Positions 1-10,605 of a DNA stretch of 64,000 nucleotides are shown here, piece by piece. The stretch is taken from the NCBI GenBank assembly GCA_963783375.1, contig CAWANH010000029.1, positions 768,001 through 832,000 of the forward strand. The letters run 5' to 3'. The notes under the pieces are model-generated. The model was given only the letters and a program-made list of their open reading frames with translations, ran no database searches and had not been told where the DNA came from. Position numbers and translations under genes: made by a program. Source of the stretch: Candidatus Eiseniibacteriota bacterium. GTDB taxonomy: Bacteria; Eisenbacteria; RBG-16-71-46; JABDJR01. How positions within the stretch are numbered: the stretch's first letter is position 1; each line of letters starts with the position of its first letter.

Positions 1-3000
1 GTGCCCACCTGGTTGTACACGTCGCTGAGAGGAATCCGGTAGAGCCGCCAGCCGTTGCCCGCCCGGGTGAACCTCGAATCGTCCTGGTAATCCCGGCCCA
101 GATCCGTGAAGGCGGGGGCGGCGAGGTCGATCTGGTACTCCACATAGTTGTTGGTCTTCTGGAGAATGCCGTCCTTGTTCAGGTCCTCGGTGTCGGTCTG
201 CTGGTTCCGCTCGGTCCCGTTGATGCCCAGGTACTTGGCCAGACGATCCTTGGTCGTGCGTTCGGGAAGGTTGGTGTTGATGGTGGTCGGGTAGCGGTCG
301 TCCCCGGCCGGGTCCTGGGCCGGCGACGAGGCGGCAAAGCGCTGCTTCTCGGGCTGGGCCGTCTCCTTGTCGTCGGCCACCCCGTCCAAACCCAGGTCCT
401 TGTCGTAATCCACCTGCCCGCCCAGGTTGTTCCGGTCCTCGGTGTCGAGCGTGCCGTTCGGCGGTTCGGGAGGGGTAAGGGGGTCCCACACCGCGTCCTC
501 GCTCACCACCCCGAGATCGATCATGATCTCGCCCTTCCTCCGGTCCCGGGCATCCCGGTAGTTCTTGAAGTCGTTCACCCAGACGTCGACGTACTGGGCG
601 GTCGAGAGATCGATCCCCCCCGTCCCGGCCAGAGACGTGACGAGCCCGCCCCAGGAACCGTTGGGACCGGGGTCCTTCTGCGGGATGTAGATCGTTTCCA
701 GCACCGGAACCACGTCGTTCTTCTCGGTTTCAGTCTGCGCCCCCGGGGTGATGTCCCCGGCCAGCACCGTGGTGGGCGAGAACCAGAGCAGCCTTCCCCG
801 GTCGGTGGCCAGGGGCGTGGCCTCGAAGGGAGTGGTGGACCCGGCCTGGTATCTCACCGCGGAGGCGGGGGGGCTGGAGTAGAACCAGTTGTACCGGTTC
901 ACCCCGGCCGAGGTGACGACCTCCGCCCCCTCCATGTCGTCGATGTAGACCACGTTCCGGGTGTTGGGATCGGGGAAGGAGAGACCCAGGGCCCCGGTAA
1001 GGCTGACCTGGGAGGGGACGGTGGTGCTGACCAGCGGGAGCTTGTCCACCCACTCGGTCAGGGCCCAGGGGGTGAGGCGGAGCTGTCCCGAAAGATCCCC
1101 CACCGTGGTCTTGGTGGGCTCGTTTCCCAGCCGGGGCCGCTGCTCCGGAACTCCCCGGCTCTCGTGGAGCCAGGAGGTCGAGAAGTTGAATCTGCTGCTC
1201 GGGGTGACCTTGGTGCTCAGGCTGGCCCCCATCAGACTCCGGGATCCGGCGGTGAACGGGGAGTCGTAGTTGTAGGTGACCACCAGATCGGCCCCGGGTG
1301 CGGTCGCCCGATCGCTCTTCAGGGTGACCACTCCGGTGTCGTAGAAGATCGTATAGTCCGTGCCCCGCGTGAGCACCTCGCCGTTCAGACGGACCGTCTC
1401 CGAGTTCTCCAGGATCTGACCCAGCCCGGTGTTGAGCTGGATGGTGTTGACCGCGGTGCGGTAGCTGGTCTCGATGTTGTAGAGATGGCTCTGCTGCCAG
1501 TTGTCCCGGAGATAGTTGTAGCGGAGGTCGTAGATTCCCGGGGCCCGTTCGTCGCTCTTGAGCACGTAGGGCCGGTTCCGGCCGGGCGGGATGGGCCAGG
1601 ACCTTCCCCGGAAGCCCGACGAGCCGGAACCGTCGACGTCCACCGCGCTGGGATCGAAGGGGCGGAGGTCGGGGAAGAAGAGCACTCCGGCGGTGTAGTC
1701 GATGAACTCCGGGTCCACCTTGTTGTCCGGGGTGTAGTCCGTGGCGTCATCGTTGTTCCGCTGGTCCAGCCCGAAGATCTGGAGGTAGGGAATGGTCTTG
1801 CCGGTGGAGTCGACCAGGTCGGAGCGGTTGGTCCCGCCGATGTCCCTCACGATCTTGAGATCGAAGGTCTCGGGATCGAGGTTGGTGGCCCCCAGGCTGT
1901 AGGCGTTCCGAAGCTCCAGCCGGCGCACCGGACCCCAGACGCTCTCGTCCAGCTTCTCGGTGCCCCAGGTGCTGTTGGTGGGCCGGAGCATCTTGAGCTG
2001 GAGGGTGTCCAGCCCCGTCGTGTAGTAGGTCCCCACCTCCACGGTGTCCCCGTCCGACACCTGGAGGTAGGAGACGGCCAGGACCTGATTCTCGCTCAGC
2101 CCGTTCCTGAGTACCAGGACCGGTTCGGAGAAGTTCTGGTTGTTGAAGACGGTGTAGTCGTCCTCGGCCCGGAGGAGCTGGAAGGTGCCCTCGTAGGGAG
2201 CCTTGGTAGGGGTTTTCTGGGCGGGGTCCAGCCATACCTGGGCGGTCAGCGCTCCCTGCTCCGCGTCGTTCTGCACGACCTGGTCGTCGAGATAAACGTG
2301 GATGGCTCCCGAAGGGATCGAGGGGATTTCGGCGTAGTCCGGATCGCTCAGGAAGAAGTAGCGGGAGGGAAGGAACTCGTAGTCCTTGATCTCCTTGCTC
2401 TGTTCCTTGGCCCCGCCGGTGATCGTGGTCTGGCCGCTCTCGCCCTCCTGCCGGCTGGCGATGGCGGTCAACCCGATGTCCCCCACCTCGGCGGTGGCCT
2501 TGACCCCGAACAGGCCTTCCTGACGGGTGGAGAAGGAGACGAACTGGGTCGCCGGAAGGCTCAGGTTGGTGTTTCCCAGCTCCACCGACTTGACGATCTC
2601 GTCCTCCCCCCCTTGTAGCGGATCTTGATGGAGTTCTCCAGCGGGGTGAGGGCTTCGCTGTTCTGGGCCACGTCGATGAAGAGCTTGCTCCCGATCGTGC
2701 CCTGGAGATTGACGTTCAGGCGCTGCCGCATGTCGAGCTTCGGGAAGAGGGATCCGCCGCCTCGCTCCCCGGTCACCTGACCCACCACCCAGCTCGAGGT
2801 CCCGGAGAAGGTGATCTGCTCGCTTCCCGATACCCGGAGGTTGGGGGCCCCCTCGCCGAAGATCTTCGCGGTGAAGGGAAGCTCGAAGGGGAGGGACAGG
2901 TTCACCAGGCCCCGCTGCTGCTGGCTCAGGTTCTCCGACAATACCCGCCGGTTGCTCTCGATCCAGGCGCGCCGGAGCTGGGTCCGAAAGGTCTCGTCCG

Positions 3001-3346
3001 CGTATTCCCCGGGGGTCATGGCCAGGGGGAGGAGAATGTCGGTCCCCCCCGCCTGGTAGGTTATGAGAACGCGGTGGCGGTCGGTATCGTAGTCCACCCG
3101 GGGAGTGAGCCCGAGCCGGGCCGAACCGAGCCGGTTCCGCGGGGGGAGGGTGATCCCCAGGGTCCACTGGAGGCTCTGGAAGGGATCATCGGGGTCGAAC
3201 AGGGCGGTGGGGCCCCGATACGTGGGGGTGCGCGGAGGCGGGTCTCTGAACGACGTCCCCTGGGCCAATACGACAGGTGTCGTTTTCAGGGGGACGGCGG
3301 CGAGGGCCACCAAGAGCACAGCTGTCGCCGACAGAGCCTTAACCAC
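1..3346 (-). CDS. sprA: T9SS outer-membrane translocon SprA homologue; runs off the window start; apparent frameshift at the C7 run 2606-2612
   Basis: ORF 3346..2561 has a signal peptide and SprA-like N-terminus (LNVNLQGTIGSKL...LENSIKIRYKG). Adding one G at 2606-2612 continues as EDEIVKSVELGNTNLSLPATQFVSFSTRQEGLFGVKA. The same frame at the window start reads DTEDLNKDGILQKTNNYVEYQIDL and GWRLYRIPL. Confidence 0.85.
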
Positions 3347-3560
3347 GTGCCGATCGGTCCTCCCAGGACGTGTCCGAAGCGGGTAATCCTATGAGAGGTA
3401 GAGAGTTGACGCCATCGCAAAACGCGGCCCGGGGCAGACGGCTCCCTTGTGGGTCGCGTGCGCATGACCTAGACTGCCGCATCCGGTGGGTGGATTCCGC
3501 CGCCCTCCCGGCCTCAAAGCCCTGTAACCCCAAGAAGGCGCATTGAGTTTCAAGAGTCCG

Positions 3561-4912
3561 GTGCTCCGCCTGGAACGGTACGTTCTCCGGGAGTCGGTCC
3601 TGCCCTTCTTCCTGGGGCTGGGGTTGGTCACGTTCCTGTTCGTGATCGATTTCCTCTTCGACTACCTGGACCTCATCCTGTCCAAGGGGATCCCCCCCCT
3701 CGCGGTTCTGGAGCTGTTCCTCCTGGCCCTGGGGTGGATTTTCGCCCTCTCTTTCCCGTGCGGGGTGCTGGTGGCCGCCCTGATGACGTTCGGACGCCTG
3801 GCCCAGGACAACGAGATCACCGCCATGCGCGCCCTCGGGGTGAACCTCGGCCGGGTGCTCCGGGGCCCCCTCCTGGCCGCGGTCGTCCTGGCCGGATTCC
3901 TCACCCTGTTCAACAACTACATCCTGCCCGAGACCAATCATCGGTTCGCGAACCTGAGCCTGGCCATTCACCGCAAACGGCCGGCGGCGCGGATCGAGCC
4001 CGGCGTGTTCGTCAATGCCTTCAACAACTACAGTATCCTGGTCAAGAACATCGACGACCGGACCGGCGAGATGAGCGACATTACCATCTACGACTACAGC
4101 CAGGGGAGGATCCCCACCACCATTCTCGCCAAGTCGGGGACGATGAAGTACATCGATCGCGGGGCCACCTTGAGGCTCGATCTCCGGGACGGGGAGATCC
4201 ACGAGGTCCCGGGAGAAGCGGGCGAGGGCAAGTACCGGCTCGGGGAGTTCAAGGAGGACACCATCTTTCTCCACAACCCGGGGGTCGAGCTCCAGAAGCT
4301 CGACCGTCAGAGCCGGGGCGAGCGGGAGATGAACATCGCCATGATGGAGCGGGAGATAGGTCGTCTCCGGGCCCAGCGGGGGGAGCGGCTGGCCCGGCTG
4401 GACTCCAAGGCCCAGCAGGCGGGCTACCCGTCCTACGCGGCATTCGAGCGGAAGGCGGCCCCACCCCACGGCCTGGGCGCGCTCATCGGCGCGGCGGTCG
4501 GGGCCCTGCGCGGCGCCCATCCGTCCCCCCCGACACCAGCCGGGCCCTGACCGATGCCAAAGAGACTCTCATGGCCGACCGGCTCGACCTCCAGAGCCTC
4601 GACCGGCGGATCGACTCCTTGAAGGTGGAGATCAACAAGAAGTTCTCGATCCCGGTGGCCTGCGTGGTGTTCGTGCTGGTGGGCGGCCCCCTGGGTATCC
4701 GGACCCGCAAGGGAGGGTTCGCCAACATGGCCATCGCGGTGGCCTTCTTCATCACCTACTACCTCTTTCTCATCGCCGGCGAACAGCTCGCCGACCGGGG
4801 TTTCCTCTCCCCCTTCATGTCCATGTGGCTTCCCAACCTGATCTTCGGGATCCTCGGGGTCTACCTCGCGGTCTCGGTGGTGGGATGGGGAACCGCCCGG
4901 GGAATGCGCTGA
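3561..4912 (+). CDS. lptF: LPS export permease LptF (YjgP/YjgQ family); apparent frameshift at the C7 run 4525-4531
   Basis: LERYVLRES...TFGRLAQDNEITAMRALGVNL in ORF 3543..4550. The C-terminal helices (VEINKKFSIPVACVVFVLVGGPLG...MWLPNLIFG) lie in the frame ending at 4912. Followed by lptG. Confidence 0.88.
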
Positions 4913-6022
4913 ATGAGCTCCACCGCCGCCCGGCGCCTCCATCCCCTCGGGGTGATCGATCGCTACGTCCTCCGGGAATTCGTGCGGTACTACCTCCTGG
5001 CCATGATCGGTTTCGTGGCCTTCGTGGTGCTCTTCGACGCCATGGAGAAGATCGACACCTTTCTCGACTACGATGCCAGCGTCGGTCAGATCCTCCGCTT
5101 CTACGCGTATTCGCTCCCCTACAAGGCGATCCTGGTGGGGCCGGTCGCCCCCCTCCTGGCCACCTTCCTCTGCCTGGGGTCCATGACCCGCTTCCAGGAG
5201 GTCACGGTGCTGAAGGCGGCGGGGATGTCCCTCTACCGCCTCCTTCTCCCCCTCTACGTCCTGGGGTTCCTCCTCTCGGCGGCCACCTTCGGGTTGGGCG
5301 AGGGCTTCATGCCCGAGGCGAACCGGCGGGCCTCCGAGATCATGGAGCACGAGATCAAGGGCAGGAGTCTCAAGAGCCTGGGGAGTCGCAACAACGTGAC
5401 CTACCTGGGACGGAACAACCGCCTGTTCGTGATCCGCCGCTACGATATCCCGCGAATGGCCATGGTCGACGCCACCGTCCAGGAATTCGACGGGGACCGC
5501 ATGACCCGCCGTATCGACGCCCGCTCCGCGATCTGGAGGAACGGGCACTGGGTGATGGTGGACGGGATGGAACGGACCTTCGACGCCGCGGGGCTGGAGC
5601 GGGCGGTCCCCTTCGACACCCTGAGGACCGATTTCCCGGAACTCCCGGGGGACTTCGCCAAGGAGGAGATGCGTCCGGAGCAGATGTCCTTCACCCAGCT
5701 CCGACGCTACGCCGAGAGGGTTCGCCAGAGCGGGAGCACGGTCGAGCGCTATGAGACCGAGATCCAGCTCCGGTTCGCCTTCCCCCTGGTGAGCCTGGTG
5801 GTGATCCTGATCGGCTCCAGCCTGGCCGTGCAGATCCGTCGGGGCGGGATCGCCCTGGGGTTCGGAATCTCCCTGGGCATCGCCTTCGCCTACTGGAGCC
5901 TCATCCGCGCCGGTCAGGTGCTGGGCAACAACGGCACGCTTCCCCCGCTGGTTGCCGCCTGGCTGGGAAACCTCGTGTTCATCGGGCTGGGGGTGTTCCT
6001 CCTGGTCCGGACCCCCAAGTGA
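4913..6022 (+). CDS. lptG: LPS export permease LptG
   Basis: IDRYVLREF, EVTVLKAAGMSLYRL, RFAFPLVSLVVILIG, LPPLVAAWLGN; tandem with lptF. Confidence 0.9.
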   Translation: MSSTAARRLHPLGVIDRYVLREFVRYYLLAMIGFVAFVVLFDAMEKIDTFLDYDASVGQILRFYAYSLPYKAILVGPVAPLLATFLCLGSMTRFQEVTVLKAAGMSLYRLLLPLYVLGFLLSAATFGLGEGFMPEANRRASEIMEHEIKGRSLKSLGSRNNVTYLGRNNRLFVIRRYDIPRMAMVDATVQEFDGDRMTRRIDARSAIWRNGHWVMVDGMERTFDAAGLERAVPFDTLRTDFPELPGDFAKEEMRPEQMSFTQLRRYAERVRQSGSTVERYETEIQLRFAFPLVSLVVILIGSSLAVQIRRGGIALGFGISLGIAFAYWSLIRAGQVLGNNGTLPPLVAAWLGNLVFIGLGVFLLVRTPK

Positions 6023-6654
6023 CGCGGCCGCTCGATCCGCGCGCCCTCCGGCTCATGGTGATCGCGGATCTGGGGGCGGAAGGAGCCCCTCCGGATCCGG
6101 AGCGGGCGCGCGCCGCCATCCGGGGCGGCGCCGGACTCATCCAGGTCCGGGGAAAGGGCGCGACGGCGAAGGCCCTGGTCGAAGCGGCGATCTCCCTCCT
6201 GGCGGTCTGCCGGGAGTCCGGGACCCCGCTCCTGGTCGACGACCGCCCCGACGTCGCCCGGGCCGCCGGGGCGGACGGGGCGCACGTGGGGCCCGACGAT
6301 CTCCCTCCCCTCGCCGCCCGGCGGGTGCTGGGGGATCTCCTCCTGGGGGTGTCCGCACGGACGGCGGACCGGGCGGAGGCGGCCGAGGCGGCGGGGGCGG
6401 ACTACCTGGGGACCGGAGCGCTACGCCCGAGCGGCACCAAGGTCGGGGCCCGGGTGATCGGGCTCGCGGGCATTCGGGCCATCGCGGCCGTGGCCAGGAT
6501 CCCGGTGGTGGCCATCGGGGGGGTGCGGCCCGGGGACGCGCCGGATCTCAAGCGGGCGGGGGCGGCGGGGATGGCGGTGGTGAGCGGGGTTCTCGGCGCG
6601 TCCGATCCCGAGGCCGCCGCGCGCGCCTACGTCGAGGCCTGGGAGCGCGGCTGA
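6019..6654 (+). CDS. thiE: Thiamine-phosphate synthase
   Basis: QVRGK, VDDRPDVA, ADGAHVGPDD, PSGTK, PVVAIGG, AVVSGV motifs. Confidence 0.92.
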   Translation: MTRPLDPRALRLMVIADLGAEGAPPDPERARAAIRGGAGLIQVRGKGATAKALVEAAISLLAVCRESGTPLLVDDRPDVARAAGADGAHVGPDDLPPLAARRVLGDLLLGVSARTADRAEAAEAAGADYLGTGALRPSGTKVGARVIGLAGIRAIAAVARIPVVAIGGVRPGDAPDLKRAGAAGMAVVSGVLGASDPEAAARAYVEAWERG

Positions 6655-7403
6655 GCCGCGGCGCCAGGCTCCGGTTCGATCCTCCCGTCCTTGAGCACCG
6701 GCACCGCCCGCACGCTGTCCAGTCGGGCGCAGAACTCCAGGTCCGTCTCGAACCCCAGGGAGGCCAGGTAGGTCCCGTGGCTGGAGGCGGCGAGCATCCC
6801 GGGGATGTCCTCTTCCCAGCGTCGCCACAAGCCTCGCGCCATGAGCGCCCCGTCGTCGGCCACCAGATCCGGGACGCGGGTGAGAAGCCGGTCCACCAAC
6901 AACCCGCCCAGAACCGCGTCCTCGAGGGCGGACCGGCCGAGTTTCCCCGAGCAGACCACCAGGATGTCCCGCCCGGGCCGGAGAAGCCGCTCCACCGCCT
7001 GGGTGGCGTTCACGAAGGAGGCCAGGACCTGCTCCGGCGCCGCCTGACAGCGCAACATGGCCTGGGAACCGTTCGTGCTGGTGAAGATCAGGGTCTTCCC
7101 CTTCACCTCCTTGGGCACGTACTCCAGGGGGGAATTGCCGAGATGGAATCCGGGGATCTTCTTCCCCTCCCGCTCTCCGCAGAGCAGCGTGGTCTTTCGA
7201 TCCAGCGAGGCCAGGAGGCCGGTGGCGTACTCCACCGAGTCCGCGGGGATCACCCGGGCCGCCCCGGAGGCGAAGGCCTGGGGGATGACCGATGTGGCGC
7301 GGAGGACGTCGACCAGGGCCACCGTCGCCTCGCGCAGAAGCCCGTCCTGGACCTCCCCCGGGGTGAAGACGAAGCTCAGGCGGCGTTCACGATCGGCGCT
7401 CAA
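6627..7403 (-). CDS. comB: 2-phosphosulfolactate phosphatase family (ComB-like)
   Basis: [36 protein letters not shown] motifs. TTG start at 7403 overlaps the accC stop. Confidence 0.85.
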   Translation of the reverse strand: MSADRERRLSFVFTPGEVQDGLLREATVALVDVLRATSVIPQAFASGAARVIPADSVEYATGLLASLDRKTTLLCGEREGKKIPGFHLGNSPLEYVPKEVKGKTLIFTSTNGSQAMLRCQAAPEQVLASFVNATQAVERLLRPGRDILVVCSGKLGRSALEDAVLGGLLVDRLLTRVPDLVADDGALMARGLWRRWEEDIPGMLAASSHGTYLASLGFETDLEFCARLDSVRAVPVLKDGRIEPEPGAAAQPRSQAST

Positions 7404-8773
7404 GAAACCTCCGCCGCTTCCACGGGCATCGACTCCTCGGCCATCCGTTCCACGAACCGTGTGTTGACGTCGCCCGCCTGGAACGCGGGGTGGTCCAGGA
7501 CCTTGAGGTGGAAGGGCGCGGTGGTGTGCAGCCCGTCCACCACCAGTTCCCCCAGCGCTCCCCGCATCCGGGCCAGGGCCTGGGGGCGGTCCTCCGCCCA
7601 TACGATCAGCTTCCCGATCATCGAGTCGTAGTAGCTGGGGACCCGGTACCCCTGGTAGAGATGGCTGTCCACCCTTACCCCGGGTCCACCGGGAAAGTGG
7701 AGGAACTCCACCCGGCCCGGGCTGGGGCGGAAGTTGTGGTCGGGGTCCTCCGCGTTCAGGCGGCACTCGATGGCGTGGCCCCGGAGCCGGACCTGGTCCT
7801 GGGTCACCGAGAGCGGCTCGCCGGCCGCGGCCCGGATCTGCTCCGCCACCAGATCGAGTCCGGTCACCCACTCGGTGACCGGGTGCTCCACCTGGAGCCG
7901 GGTGTTCATCTCCATGAAATAGAACTCACCCGTCTCGTCGAGCAGGAACTCGATGGTCCCCACCCCTTCGTAGTCGATGGCCCGGGCTCCGAGGAGCGCC
8001 GCCTCCCCCATCCGCCGCCGGAGATCGGGGGTGACCGCGGGCGAGGGGGATTCTTCGATGAGTTTCTGATGGCGGCGCTGGACCGAGCAGTCGCGCTCGC
8101 CCAGGTGAATGAGGTTGCCGTGGCGGTCCCCGAGAATCTGGATCTCCACGTGGCGGGGCCGGGCCAGATAACGCTCCACGTACACCGACCCGTTTCCGAA
8201 CGCGGCCTGAGCCTCGGAGCGGGCCATCTGGAACTGCTCCAGGAACTCCGCCGCCGAGCGGGCCACCCGCATGCCCTTCCCGCCGCCCCCGGCCACCGCC
8301 TTGATGATGACCGGGAAGCCGAAGCCCTCGGCCTGCTTCACCGCGACTTCTGGATCATCAACCGGGCCGTCGGTTCCCGGGACCACCGGCACCCCGGCCG
8401 CGCTCATCGCCGCGCGGGCGCTGGCCTTGTCTCCCATGGCCCGGATCTGGGCCCCGGTGGGGCCGATGAAGGAGATGCGGCAGGATGTGCAGACCTCGGC
8501 GAAATCGGCGTTCTCGGACAGGAACCCGTAGCCGGGGTGAATCGCGTCGGCCCCGGTGACCTCGGCCGCGCTGATGATCCGGGGGACGTTGAGGTAGCTT
8601 TCGGGCGCCGGGGGGGGGCCGATGCAGACCCCCTCGTCGGCCAACCGGACGTGCAGCGAGTCGGCGTCCGCCTCGCTGTACACGGCCACGCTTCGGATCC
8701 CCAGCTCCCGGCAGGCCCGAATGACCCGGACCGCGATCTCCCCGCGGTTCGCCACGAGAATCTTGCTGAACAT
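7400..8773 (-). CDS. accC: Acetyl-CoA carboxylase biotin carboxylase subunit
   Basis: [58 protein letters not shown]. Confidence 0.97.
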   Translation of the reverse strand: MFSKILVANRGEIAVRVIRACRELGIRSVAVYSEADADSLHVRLADEGVCIGPPPAPESYLNVPRIISAAEVTGADAIHPGYGFLSENADFAEVCTSCRISFIGPTGAQIRAMGDKASARAAMSAAGVPVVPGTDGPVDDPEVAVKQAEGFGFPVIIKAVAGGGGKGMRVARSAAEFLEQFQMARSEAQAAFGNGSVYVERYLARPRHVEIQILGDRHGNLIHLGERDCSVQRRHQKLIEESPSPAVTPDLRRRMGEAALLGARAIDYEGVGTIEFLLDETGEFYFMEMNTRLQVEHPVTEWVTGLDLVAEQIRAAAGEPLSVTQDQVRLRGHAIECRLNAEDPDHNFRPSPGRVEFLHFPGGPGVRVDSHLYQGYRVPSYYDSMIGKLIVWAEDRPQALARMRGALGELVVDGLHTTAPFHLKVLDHPAFQAGDVNTRFVERMAEESMPVEAAEVS

Positions 8774-8794
8774 ACCCCCCCGCTCGCGACCCAG

Positions 8795-9910
8795 CTAGGC
8801 CGGCCGCTCCTGCTCGAAGGAATCCCAGGACGTATCCGAGGCGGAGTGGATCCCGCGGGCCCGGAGGTCGAACTCGGCGGGATTGGTGCAGTAGCGCAGG
8901 GCGTCTTCGTAGGTGATCTTGTCCTCGCGGTAGAGGCGCATCAGGTCCTGGTCGAAGGTCTGCATGCCGTACTGGTTCACGCCCTCCTGGATCGCCTTGT
9001 AGATCATGGGCGTCTTGTGGGAGTCGGTGATGTACTCCTTGATGGTCGCGGTGTTGATCATGACCTCGACCGCGGGCACCCGGCCGTGCCCGCTCTTGTG
9101 GGGGATCAGGCGCATCGAGCAGACCGCGGCCAGGTTCGAGGCGAGGAGGTATCGAACCTCCTCGTGTTCCTGCAGCGGGAAGAAGGAAATGATGCGGTTG
9201 ATGGTCTGCGCGGCGTCCGGCGTGTGCAGGGTCGAAAGGACCAGGTGACCGGTGTCGGCGGCCATGACCGCGACCTTCATCGTCACCTGATCGCGGATTT
9301 CACCGATCAGGATCACGTCGGGATCCTGGCGAAGAATGTACTTCAACCCGTCGTGGTAGGACTCGGTGTCGAGCCCGACTTCACGCTGGCTGATCATGCA
9401 GAGGTTGTCCCGGTGAAGGAACTCCACCGGGTCCTCCACCGTGATGACGTTTCGGGCAATGTTGTTGTTGAGATAGTCGATCATCGAGGCCAGGCTGGTG
9501 GATTTTCCGGTGCCCACCGTGCCGGTGACGAGGATGAGACCGCGCGGCTTCTGCACCAGGTCGGCGAGCACCATGGGAAGGTTCAGATCCTCGAGGCTCG
9601 GCACCCCGAACGGGACCTGCCGGAAGGCCATCGCCACCGTCCCCCGCTGCTTGTAGAAATTGGAGCGGAACCGGGAAAGTCCGGGAACGGAGAAGGCGAA
9701 GTCGATTTCGTGGGAGTTCTCGAACGCCTTCTGCTGGTTGGGCGTCAGGATCTGCTCCACGATGGACTCGATGTCCTTGCTGCTGGGCTCGGGCTCGTCC
9801 AGGGGGATGAGCTTGCCGTCCACGCGGATGGTCGGCGGGGTGCCTGCCTTGATATGGAGATCGGACGCGCCGGCCTGGCTCATGCGCTCGAGTGTGTGGC
9901 GGATGTTCAT
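8795..9910 (-). CDS. Type IV pilus retraction ATPase, PilT/PilU family (PilU-like)
   Basis: ASDLHIK, Walker A GTVGTGKST, TVEDPVE, LRQDPDVILIGEIRD, TGHLVLSTLH, GMQTFDQ. The PilT AIRNLIRE motif is replaced by TIKEYITD. Confidence 0.9.
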   Translation of the reverse strand: MNIRHTLERMSQAGASDLHIKAGTPPTIRVDGKLIPLDEPEPSSKDIESIVEQILTPNQQKAFENSHEIDFAFSVPGLSRFRSNFYKQRGTVAMAFRQVPFGVPSLEDLNLPMVLADLVQKPRGLILVTGTVGTGKSTSLASMIDYLNNNIARNVITVEDPVEFLHRDNLCMISQREVGLDTESYHDGLKYILRQDPDVILIGEIRDQVTMKVAVMAADTGHLVLSTLHTPDAAQTINRIISFFPLQEHEEVRYLLASNLAAVCSMRLIPHKSGHGRVPAVEVMINTATIKEYITDSHKTPMIYKAIQEGVNQYGMQTFDQDLMRLYREDKITYEDALRYCTNPAEFDLRARGIHSASDTSWDSFEQERPA

Positions 9911-9938
9911 GATACCCGGACCTCCGAATCCCCCCGGA

Positions 9939-10421
9939 TCAAGTTTCTTGGACGAGGAACAGGGCCTGGCCGAACTCGACCGGTTTGGCGTTATCCACCA
10001 GGACCTGGACGATCTTTCCCCGCACCTCGGATTGGATCTCGTTCATCAGCTTCATGGCCTCGATGATGCAGACCGTCTGGCCCGGCTCCACCGAGGACCC
10101 CGGCTCCATGTAAGGCTCCGCGTCCGGGGCCGGCGCCCGGTAGAACGTCCCCACCATGGGGGATTTGATCGCGGTGAGCCCGGCCGCCGAGTCGATCTCC
10201 GGTTCGGAGACCGGGGTCGGGGCCGGCGTCGCCGGCTCCGCAGGGAGCGCGGCCGGCCGCGCCTCGGGCACCGAACCAGCCACGGCCACATGGACCGGAC
10301 CGCCGTTCTCCCCGCTTCCCTTCCGGATCCGGATTCGCCCCCACCACTTCCACACCTCGAGCTCGCCGATTTCACTCTCTTCCACCAGCCGGATCAGCCG
10401 TCGGACCTCTTCGATTCTCAT
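9939..10421 (-). CDS. accB: Biotin carboxyl carrier protein
   Basis: IKSPMVGTFY, IIEAMKLMNEI biotinylation motif, Pro/Ala linker. Confidence 0.97.
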   Translation of the reverse strand: MRIEEVRRLIRLVEESEIGELEVWKWWGRIRIRKGSGENGGPVHVAVAGSVPEARPAALPAEPATPAPTPVSEPEIDSAAGLTAIKSPMVGTFYRAPAPDAEPYMEPGSSVEPGQTVCIIEAMKLMNEIQSEVRGKIVQVLVDNAKPVEFGQALFLVQET

Positions 10422-10605
10422 GGGACCTCTCGTCTCGGAGCTCGGAAAGCAAGAGGCGCCCAGCGCAAAGAGAGGTCGCGCAGACCCTCCGACGCGGCGG
10501 CGCCTGATTCCGGTGGTGAGCCGGAGGGTCCGGGTTCCAGAACCCGGCTCCGACCCCGGGAACGGGGCCCCGGATCGAGGTCGTCCCGGCCCGGGAGGAC
10601 CTCTA

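Noticed and set aside
6627-7403. Coenzyme M biosynthesis
   Set aside because: Only a ComB-family phosphatase is present, with no comA/C/D/E; orphan ComB homologues are common in bacteria.
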